Assembly: GCF_020745735.1 (NCBI RefSeq)
Contig: NC_083449.1
Span: forward strand, 8,468,923-8,532,922
Direction of reading: 5' to 3'
DNA length: 64,000 nt
Source of the DNA: Hemiscyllium ocellatum
Taxonomy: Eukaryota
Part shown: one piece after another, positions 36,801-47,774 of the stretch
How positions within the stretch are numbered: the first letter of the stretch is position 1
Layout: every line of letters starts with the position of its first letter
Program-made: the position numbers and the translations under genes
The notes under the pieces: model-generated
The model's input: the letters and a program-made list of their open reading frames with translations, nothing else
Told to the model about the DNA's origin: nothing
Databases searched by the model: none

Positions 36801-38429
36801 CTCTCCAGAGATGCCTCTAGTTCTGCTGAGTTCCTCCAGTGCTCTCTGTGTTGGTTTCAGATCTCCAGAATCCTGCACTGCGTTGCTTTTGGAACCTGAC
36901 AAAGTGTATTCTTTAAGCCAGATGCCAGTGGCCCCACTCCTGGTGAAAGTGTGTCCGCTGCTGTTCAAGCAAAGAAGAAAGACGGGAATGGGGATGGGGG
37001 TGGGGAGGTGAACACATGTCAAAATAATTTTGCATTCCTCTGTCAGAATGGAAACACAGGATTATGTATCTACACTTTATCGGAATGGGGTCCATACCAC
37101 GATAGGATGAGGCGTAGATCATTTAGCCCATCGAGTCTGTTCTGCCATTCAGAGACATCATGACTGATCTGATCATCCTCAAATCCACTTTGCTACCTTT
37201 CCCCTCGATTCCCTTTCAGATTAAAAATCTCTCTAGCTCAGCCTTGAATATCCTGAAAGGCCCAGCCTTGACAGCTCTCTGTGGTAAAGAATTCGACATA
37301 TTCAATTCCTTCTGAAAAAAGAAATTCCTCTTTATCTCTGTCTTCAATGGGCGACCACTCTCTTGTTCGTAGATGATGTCCCACTGGTCCCATGTTCTCC
37401 CCCACAAGGGGAAACAACTTCTCTCCACATCTCCCCTGTCAAATACTTCTAAGGGTTATCAATAAGGTCACCTCTCATTCTTCTAAACTCCAATGAGGAC
37501 AGGCTCAATCTACACAACCTCTCATTGTCAGACAGTCCCTCCATACCCGCGATCAGCTGAGTGAAACTTCTCTGGACTGCCTTCAATGCCCAATCTGTCT
37601 TTCCAATAGGAATCCCCAAAACTATTCAGTCTCCGAGCTGTGGTCTGACTGACGCCTTGTATCATCTTTAAGTAAAACATCCGAACGTTTATTTACCATT
37701 CCCTTTGAAATAAAGGCTGCTTGCTTTCCCTATGACCTGCTGAACGTTGATATCCTTGTTTGCTATTCACTGGCAATGACTTCCCGACCTCTTTAAAAAA
37801 GAAATTTTCCATGGGAATGTGTTTGAACTTTGTCAGAAGTTGCTTCAATGTCTGGAATCCAAGCAACACCAGAATCGTAAGAATGAGTTTTCTCAACTGC
37901 TTGAGGAAGTCAAAGAATCTCTGTGCATTTGCTAAGTGCAGCTGGTATTTTTCAAGGTGTATCTCATGTACCACAACATCGGACAGTGTTGTATATTGTC
38001 ACTGTATGATTTGGGATCTCCAGTGGGCAGATTTTATGTTAATCCTACGTGATATCTTCTCCCTGAAGAACAAAATAGCCTAGTTCCCTTCCCTCTGTAA
38101 AATCGTAATTCACCACAAATCTGCATTCGCTGTCACTTTTTTCTGTTCCTGCCTCGATTCAATTCTCCTTTTCTATTTATATTTAAAACAAACATTTGCT
38201 CTTCCCTTTTCTGTTGACTTGTTAAAAATTTTGGTAATCTGTTCACCACACTATTTGCAACTTATCCATTGGCTGTTACTATAGCCCTCTGTTTTCTGTA
38301 CTTGGGTAGTTTAACTGTTGACTGCACAGCAAGTCAATTTTCACTCTCATTTCCAGTGGTTGCATCTCCAATTGGGCTGTTTCTGATAAAAGTCATGGAA
38401 TGGCTTTGTGAATGAATAGCAAGTGTATG

Positions 38430-39430
38430 AAAAAGGCTGTGTGAGAAAGAGTGGAGTGAGAAAGAGCACAGACTTCTCTCACAGGTCTGTGTGGGTGGGT
38501 GGGTGTGAGATTGTGTGTGAGACCGTGTGTGTTTGAGAGAGTGTGTGTGGCAGGGTATGTATGTACGTGAGAGAGTGTGTGAGACTGAGTGTGTCTGTGT
38601 GAGAGTGTAGGTGAGACAGGAAGAGAGAGTTGAGAGTCAGCATTTGTGTATGCGTGTGAGGGTGAGAGAGAGACTTGGCGGGAGGAAAGAATGGGTGAGG
38701 GTGTGTGTATGAGAGAGACAGCGTGTTGTGTGGGTAGGAAAGAGTTTGTGTGCGAGACAGTCTGTGTGTATGGGTGACAGAGTGTGCGCGACAGAGAGGG
38801 AGAGACTGTGTGTGATAGGGAAACATAGTGGGTGAGAGAGAATGTGTGAGAGTGTATAAGAGAGAGTGTGTGAGACAAAATGTGTGTGTGAGAGAGACTG
38901 AGTAACACTGTGTGCGTGAGAGAGTGTATGAGACAGAGTGCATGTGTGAGATAGAGTGAGAGAGTGCGTTTCAGACTTTGTGAGCGAAATTGAGTATTAG
39001 AGAGTGCGTGTGAGAGAGCGTGTGTGTGCGAGAGAGTGTGAGTGTGAAAGATAGAGAGTGTGTGAGAAAATGTGTGTCTGTGTAAGAGTGTGTGTGTGTG
39101 AGACAGAATGTGTCTGCGTGAGAGAGTGTGCATGAGACAGAAACAGAGAGAGATTTGATGAGAATAAGTGTATGTGTACGCATGTGAGGGTGAGAGGAAA
39201 AGTGTGGGCGAGAGGAACAAGTGTGTGAGATTGTGTGCGTGAGAGAGATAGAGTTTGTGTGCATGTATGTGAGAGAGCATGTGTGTGTGAGAGTGTGTGA
39301 ATGTGAGATAGAGAGTGTGTGTATTTGAAACAGTGTGAGAACGAGATTGTGTGTGGGAAAGTGGATGTGTGTGTGTGTGTGAGAGAGAGAGAGACAGAAA
39401 GAGAGAGAGACAGTGTGTGAGAGAGTAGAG
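38430..39430 (+). repeat. (GT)/(GA) mixed low-complexity tract, ~1 kb
   Basis: Degenerate GTGTGAGAGA repeats; source of the spurious His/Thr/Ser/Leu-rich ORFs. Confidence 0.95.
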
Positions 39431-40191
39431 ACAAAGTGTTATGCTGTTCTAAAGCATCTGGGCCAAGATGCCAGTGGCGCCTAGTTTTTACAATTTAGTC
39501 TAGTCCTATGTGCTTGTATTTGAAATGACAAAACTGCATTCGCTTTCATCACTACCATGGACAGCCTATTCCAGACACTCACCACCCTTTGTGTGAAAAA
39601 ATAGCACCACTGGACTCTTTTGTATCTCTCCAGTCCCACTTTGACAAAACCATCATCACCTTGTAGAAGGGTATAGGTGTGCACTTGTGATGGCAAGGCT
39701 ATGTGCCAAGTGCTGGAGAAATAGGATTAGATAACAATGAGGTGCTTACTTTTGACCAGCACATATGCAATGTGCTGATAGGCTATTGTCTGTGCTGTAG
39801 ACTTCTACAACGCCGTGCCATTGACTCTTAACTATCCTCTCGGGAAATTAAGAATGGGGGCAATTAACGCTCACCCAGTCAATGATGCCCACGTCACATG
39901 AGCGAACGTAAAAAATTGTGATCGTTTTTAACATGAATTGAGTTGAATTGATGACCACATTCTCGTGGTTACTAAGGATTTGGCCATTGGAGTGATGGAG
40001 AAGGGAAAGCATAGAAGGAGGACCTTCAGCCCATTGCCTCTGTGCTGACAGTTTTGAGTAACAGTTTAATCTTGACTGCTCGATCTCTGCTTCCATTCAT
40101 CAGCTCCTCCCCTGACAGTAATCAGCCTTCTGTGAAACATGTGACTGACAGTCAGACCAAGTTGAACTCGAAAGGCAATGTGTCATATGAG

Positions 40192-40349
40192 TTTAGATTA
40201 GAGTGGTGCTGGAAAAGCACACCAAGAAGGCTTTTGCCCGAAACTTCGATTTTCTTGCACCTCGGATGCTGCCTGATCTGCTGTGCTTTTCCAGCACACT
40301 CTAATCTAAACTCTAGTTTTCAGCATCTTCAGTCCTCTCTTTTGCCTCC
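40192..40349. mobile_element. Penelope-like family A mini insertion with terminal inverted repeat
   Basis: GAGTTTAGATTAGAGTGGTGCTGGAAAAGCACA pairs with TGTGCTTTTCCAGCACACTCTAATCTAAACTC; partial hammerhead GCCCGAAAC. Confidence 0.75.
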
Positions 40350-43300
40350 TGTGTGGTGTGAGGAAGCTCGGTGTGGAAATGACGGTGGGTAATGTCACCA
40401 ACGTGCTTCTCAATCGCGGGTTAACACGGTGGGTATTGTGGGTGTGTGCACGCTAACTAGTCTGTGCTGTAGGAGGCTACGCAACATAATTCCCATACTC
40501 CCTCCATCACAGTCACAACGCCAAGGTGATGGGGAACAGGAGTGTTGTTTCTGTGTAAAGTTACCTCACCTGGCCGCAACAAATTATAGACACATCAAAA
40601 ATAGGAGCAGGAATAGCCCCTTTCATCCTGCTCCCCTCCCGCCCCCATTGAATAAGATCGAATTCGGATCCCTGGCACTGTGATGCATCAGTGCTAACTA
40701 ATGAGCCACCGTGCTGCCCATAATTAGAGGATAGATTGGGGTGTAGGGGAAGCAGGAATGGGTCGAGCGGGGCTCAACAGAAATGGGAAGGTGATAGAGA
40801 TGGAGAGGTAAGGAAATGGGAGAGGGTGATAGAGTGGAGGAGGCAAGGTTCAGAGGAGTGATCATTGAGGAGAAATGGGGAGGGGGAATAGAGTTGCAGG
40901 AGATTAAGAGGACATGGGGTGGAAAGCGATGAAGTGGGGGACAGGGATACATTGTCCCCCTTCCCTATTTCCCGTGCACCCCACTCCAGCCCCCTCCCGT
41001 GTTTGCACTGCCGCCTTCCCCTGTTACTCCTGGTCCCCACTTTATTCCCCTCCCCTGCTCCCCCGTCCCCCACTCTATACCCTTTCCCCTGTCCCCCACT
41101 CTATTCTGCTCCACTGTTTCCACTGTCCCCACTCTACCCCCTTCTCGTTTCCCCTAACACTCCCACTCTATCCTCCTCCCTGTTTCCCCAGCCCGCACTC
41201 TACTCCCCTCCCCTGTTTTCTCTGCCTGCCCACCTCTATGCCAGTTTCGTGTTTTCCATGCCCCACACTATTCCCTCCCCCCATTTCCTTTCTCCCCAAA
41301 CTATCCACATTCTATCCCCCCTTAAGCCCACATGGTCTTGTAGAAAGGTCACTTGATCTGAAACATTAACTCTGGTTTCTCTCCACAGATGCGACGAGAC
41401 CTGCTGAGCTTTTCAAGCAATTGCTGTTTTTATTTCTGATTTACGGTATTCACAATCCTTTTAGTTTTCATTCTCTAATAATCATCTCATATCGCATTAA
41501 TAGGGTTGCACCAGCTTATCTCTATTTAATAAAGAAAATCTCCCAATATGTTATTTTGTTCATCACTGAATACGGAATTATTCTGTACAAAAACAAAGGC
41601 CACCAAGACAGATGCAGTTTTGGGTCGACGTGAGGTTAGTCAATTTGGGAGCAAGAACGGGAAGATGGATTATTATCTGAATGGCGATGGATTGGGAAAA
41701 GAGAATTGAGGACTGGAGGTGGAATGTCATGCTACGGCTGTTCAAGACATTGGGCAGGCCATATTTGGAGTATTGCATACAATTCTCCTCACCCTGCTGT
41801 TATTAAATTGGAAAAGGTGCAGGAAAAGTTTACAAGGATGTTATCAAGGCTCGTGGGTTTGAATAGTAAGGGGAGGCTGGATAGTCTGAGAAGGTTTTTT
41901 GTCTGGAAGGTCAGAGTCTGATGGTTGGCCCTATAGAGGTTTATGCAGTCATAAGGGGTGTGCATAAGATTAATAGCCAAGGTCTTTATGCCAGGGTTGG
42001 AAAGTGGAAATGAGGGCATAGATTTTAGGTGACGGTGGAGAGATTTAAAACAGATCTTCGGGGTAATTTACCACGCTGTGTTTGGTGCACTTACGGAACA
42101 AGCAACCATGGAAAGCTATGGAGGCGGGTACAGTTACAACATTTTGAAAGAATTTGACAGGCACATGGATATGAAAGGTTTCGAGAAATATGGGTCAAAT
42201 GCACGCAAATGGGGCTGGTTCAGTTTAGGAAGCCTGGTCAGCATGGATGAGTTGGGCTGAAGTTTCTGTTTCTCTGCTATATGACTCTATGACGCTGTGA
42301 TTAGTAGCATGCATGCTGTCCTTGCCAGCAATGCCTTACATCCTTCGCATGAATGAGGGGCTGTGATGTTTAAAAACTGATAACCCAGTCACTGTCTTTG
42401 CTCGGTTTAATGCTCAACAATTCATCAACATAGTCCCGCTGTTCTGTTGAAAGATACATGGGACTTATTGACCAGAACCTTCCACTCTCACACTGTCATT
42501 GCCGCTGATGGGGTTTATCAGTTTGCAATCAGATCTGCTCCTTTCCTGATGGAGAGCAGTTTTCAGATCAATACGAGGACGGTATTAAAATATTAACATC
42601 TTCAACAAAGCTTGTATTAACAACAGACCGAGCCCTTATGTGGTACCGTGGCAGTGTCCCTACCTCTGAACTGAGAGGTCAACTTTTCTTTTATTCACGG
42701 GATGAAGACATCACCGGATAGGTCAGCATTTATTTTGCATCTCTAAATGCCAGAGGGAATTTAAGAATCAACCTCATTAAAACCTCTATGTTATCAGTGC
42801 TATGTTATCAGTACAATCAACCTCATTGTTGTAGACCTGGAGTCACATGTAGGCCTGAAGAGGTAAGAATGGCAATTCTGTTCGCTAAAGGACATTAATG
42901 AACCAGATGGGTTTTACTGACAATCGATTCACTGTGACAACCAGTCTCTTAAGTCCAGAATTTTTTTAAAATTCAAAATCCAATATCTACCATGCTGGGA
43001 TTCAAACCCCGGGGCCTCTGGATTGACAGTGCACAGATAACACCACCAGGCCATCACTTCCCCATTCAAAGTTCAAGTCTGCTGCTCTGAAGGTGTGTGA
43101 GAACCCCACTCCCGTCAACATGGCGCTTCCAGAACATCTGCAGCGAGAGAAATCCCATACATTCGCACAACAGTGTTCGGAATCTCAGAAAACCAAGTCA
43201 AAGCATCCGGCAGGGGTTTCGGATTATTGAGAGATCTCTCCGCCATGGAGATTCCTAATCAGCCATGCTTCCTCCGTCCCAATCTTCATTGGCTTGCAGC

Positions 43301-43855
43301 TCAGTGTCCGTTCTGTCCGTGGGGCACAATTTTGCGAGTTCGAGCCCCACGCCACAGGACACACTCACCCTGAAAAGTAAACAATAAAACTGCCTGGTTT
43401 CTGTTTTAGTATCTCCCTCCCGTCAAGACTGACAATTTCTGTTCTAAGTTCTGTTCTAGTCAGTATGGGACAGATTCCTGATCGTCCAATCATTGAAGGG
43501 GCTATATGTATTCTTCCCCTTAAACGTCAACCAAATGAAAAGTTTAATCCTCAGATATGTACATGAGAGCAAAGGAGATGCTGGTATTAAACATTCAAAG
43601 ACAACTAGCAGCCAAAAGATTTTGGTAAATTCAAAACCCAGTGGTGTCCAGAACAGACTGATGGTCACACTGACGTTAAAGTAGCTTCACGAGAAGAAAA
43701 TAAGCGCAGTCAAAATGCATTGCGAAAAATGGTGTCCATCATAAAGTTAAGAAGTTTGTTATCTATACACAGGAATTACATTGTACTGCTTTATCAACCA
43801 GTGTATAGAACCGAATGACCACCACCCCCCCCCCCCGCATCTGACTTCTTGCTTC

Positions 43856-43975
43856 TTACTTCCGCGGAATATTCATGTAAACGTTTCCATCCCCTCCGTC
43901 TTCTTCCTGCGAGGGCTCGCTGAGGTCCACTGTGGCGTATGCGATACAATAATCATCGGGGTCAGTCTTTGAATC
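43856..43975 (-). CDS. FCRL-like last coding exon (cytoplasmic 5)
   Basis: Phase 0; DSKTDPDDYCIAYATVDLSEPSQEEDGGDGNVYMNIPRK*; ITIM IAYATV. Confidence 0.85.
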   Translation of the reverse strand, partial: DSKTDPDDYCIAYATVDLSEPSQEEDGGDGNVYMNIPRK

Positions 43976-46900
43976 CTGCAATGGAATGATATTGGAATGA
44001 ATTTGGAATCGAGTGGGAGCAAGAAGCTGAAGGGGAAGGGGAGGTCAGTTGGGGTACAGGTAGCAGGGAGTCTCAGAGGAAGGTGGGAATCACCAGCAGG
44101 CGGTTCCGGGCCTGCAACTTAGAAATCTGTCGGCAAAGTGATACTGTCCCAACCTCTGAGCCAGGAGGGCAGAGTTCAAGTCCCACGTGCTGCTGTGGTG
44201 TGCCATGTAGATATAAAAGCTGGAAGGTGATGTGGGAGCGGGGCAGGACTTTGGTGCGGCCAACATCTGCACTATCATAAGGTTGTGATACACTGGAGGG
44301 GATGCAGAGGAGATTCACCAGGACGTTGTCTGGGATGGAGCAGTTCAGTGATGAAAAGAGGCTAGATAATCTCAGCTTGTGTTCTTTGGAATAGAGTAGA
44401 CGGAGCTGGTTTGATTTTGTTTCCTTTTACTTATGGGACGGCATCGTGGCTGGGCCCAGAATTTGTTTCCCTGTCTCCAGTTGCTCTCCTGAGCCATTGT
44501 ACTCCCACCTTCTGGAGATTAACTCACAATTCACGTAGGGAGGGAATTTCTGCATTTAGACCCAGCGACACTGAAGGAACGGCTGATGTATTTCCAAAGG
44601 ATGTTGAATGTCTCACTAGGGTTGGTGTTCCCGTCTGCTACCCTTGTCCTTAAGTGGAATTAGCTGTGGATTTGAAAGGTGCTGTCTGAGGATCTTTGCT
44701 GACTTCCTACAGTGCATCTTGTAGATGGTACACACTGCTGCTATCAATTGGGTCCAAATGACAACGGACTGGCAAGTATTTAACGTCAATATCAGTGATG
44801 TTGTAACAATGTATGAAAGGGAACTGAAACATCAACACTAATATTGCCCCAATTTTGAAACTCACTTGTCTCTTCGCATTGGAAGTGGAATGCGAACCAA
44901 TGAGTAATCTAATCCATTGAGAAAGTGTTGCCGGTTATTTTCCATCGTGTTTAAAGGCAGACACAAAGCTGGGAGGGAGGGGGAGCAGAGAAAGAGGATG
45001 CAGAGATGCGTCAGTGTGATTTGGACAAGTTGAATGAGTGGACCAATGCACGACAGCTGCAGGATATCGTGAATAAGCGTGAGATGATCCAACTGAGAGC
45101 AAAAACAGGATGGTGAATTATTATCTGAATAGTGATGGATTGGGAAAGGGTGAGGTGTAATAAGGCTGGGCGCCCCTCATACACCAGTCACTGCAAGTGA
45201 ACATCGCAGAAGCAGCAGGCGGTGAAGCAGGTAAATGGAATGTTTGTCTTCATAGTGGGAGGATTCGAGACCAGGAACAGTGATGTCTCGCTGCACTTGT
45301 ACTGGGTGAGACCACATCCTGGAGTACTGTGTGTGCAGTTTGGGGTCTTCCTGTCTGAGGAAGGACGTTCTGTCTATGGGGGAGGGGGGAGGGGGGTTTA
45401 GGAGGGTGTCTGCAGGGAAGATTTCCCAATGTGATTCCAGGGATGGCAAGACTGACAGATAGAGAGAGAGTCTGGATTAGTTAGGATTATATTCACAGGA
45501 GTTCAGAAGCATGACGGCGAATCTAATAGAATTGTAACAGGACTAAACATGGTGAACACAGGAAGTGTGTTCCCGATGAACAGGAGTGAGTACAGAACAT
45601 GGGGATTACAGTCTAAAGGAGACGGACTGGTACTAAGTTGGGGAGTAATATCTTCACCCAGAGAGTGGGGAGCCTGTGGAGTTTTCTGCCACAAAAAGCA
45701 GTCAGGGCCAGAACACAGGATGTTATTTAGGAAGGAGTTGGATAGAGTTTTTAAGGACTAAATAGAGAAAATGGGGGAACAGGAGACTGAGTTGGATCAA
45801 ATCTTATAGAATGGGGAGAGTCGTCTGCAAAGGCTGAATGGCCTACTCCTGCCCATACTTTCTATGACATATGCTTCAATTAGTCTGATAATAATCAACA
45901 GTTGATGTTTTACATTGTGGATGCAAGGAATAAATCTAGCTGTACTTTGTATGGCAATAGCCGTGGTCTATTTAGACTTAAAATGTAACATACCTTCTTA
46001 CCATCGGAGGAAAAAACAATACTCTTCCCTGAAAATAAAATACAACAAGATGAAATGGATCTGGACCCAACGAAGGCTGATCAATACTAAATACAGAGCT
46101 GCATCTGTTGAAATCATAGCTCTGCTTTTATCAACTTTGAAAAAAAAGAAAAAAGAATCAATGCTATACTTTCTAATTGGATTCCGAATTTCTCAATCAA
46201 TCCCGACACTGCAGAATATCGCATTTAGAAAATTCGGATCTATTAAAATCGTACAATTGGTTTTCTGATAAATAAGACGGCTTATCAGTTGTTAGGATGT
46301 GGGTCAGTGCAACATCTTGAACAGGCCATCTTAATCTCATCAGCCTTTGTGTCACATGCCCAGTTGTTCAGAAACGACTGGAGTGAGCTATTCAGGTTGC
46401 ATACATTTCGGATTAAACCTCTGAATGTTGCTAGTTCAGTGTAGTTCACCTGGTTGGATGGCTGGAGTTTGCAATGCATTCTAACACCAGCTGAAATTAC
46501 CCTGAAGAACTCTCCTTCTAAACCTCTAGTTTCTCATGACGCATGATGACCGACGAATTAATTTTGACAATCCTCCCACTCCTCTCTCCACCCCCCCCCC
46601 CCACCCCACCCCGTCTCTGTCTTTCGCTGTCTAATGAGATAATGGCCTGGACGAACATGACATTTACAGCTCTTCCCCTGACACGGTGACTGAAATGAGA
46701 GACAGATCTCATTATAGATAAGACCAATTTCAGTTGAAAATGAGTTTATGGGTGTTGAGAAGCATCTGTATGATAATTCTAAGTTCAATTCTCTGAGCAA
46801 CAATATAATGGGCGATGCTTTTATTTTCTCCGTCATCTCAAATCGGTGAGTGACAATATTTAGCCAATCGGCTTTGAGCATTATGTGACAAAAACAGGAC

Positions 46901-47722
46901 TTGTTTTCTGTCTCTCCAAAGATGCTGAGTTTCTCTAGCACTTTCTGGGTTTATATGCTGTAAAACTAAATCTTTTTCTCTCTCTTTCTCTCCACAGACG
47001 CTCCCACACCTGCTGAGTTTCTCCAGAAATGTCTGAATTTGTTTGAGATTTTCAGTATCTGCAGTTGTTAGCTTTATATGAAAATGGTCTATAATTGCCT
47101 CAGTGAATGTGTATACATGTGCAAAAAGTGATTCTGACGCAACTACTATCATAACCCACCCACCAACATACACAGCTACATCCCTCTTTAATTGCTCTGT
47201 GAATTTGTTTTGGGTAGCTGACCACATTTAAACGATCTCTGAATTCTTTGCCTTCACCCTCCTCAGCCACTGGGATTGTGCTATTGTTGGAGCTTCAGTA
47301 ATCTCACCCCCACTGATCTCCCACAATCCCATCTCATACATTCGTAGTATTGAAGAGAAGAGATCTTTACCAGCCTCTGTTCTCTTTTTGATGGTGACCT
47401 CTGAATAAACCAAATCCGCAGTGGAGTTTCCTACAAAGAAATAAAGTGTAACAAGAAACACACATCAATCTGACAGCTTCGCTGTAAAGGGCTAAATGAT
47501 CTATAGATCAAATAGAATTGATAGATACGTAGGTAAGAAAGATTGATAGGCAAATACATTTTAGACTGAGATAGATAGGAGCTTGATTAGGAAGGGGGAT
47601 GAAGATTAATAGTGAGAAAGGAGGAGAGTCAGGTTGAGGAATATATCAGCCCCGATTGAGGGGGAGAGGTGCCTCAGTAGGCTGAATTGCCTAATTCTGC
47701 TCCCATATCTCATGATCTTATC

Positions 47723-47774
<52 letters not shown>

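Noticed and set aside
36170-38400. Unique-looking stretches with 90-140 aa ORFs as exons of another gene
   Set aside because: No recognisable domain and no consistent splice-phase chain.
38393-39434. His/Thr/Ser-rich ORFs up to 295 aa
   Set aside because: Translation of a GT/GA low-complexity tract.
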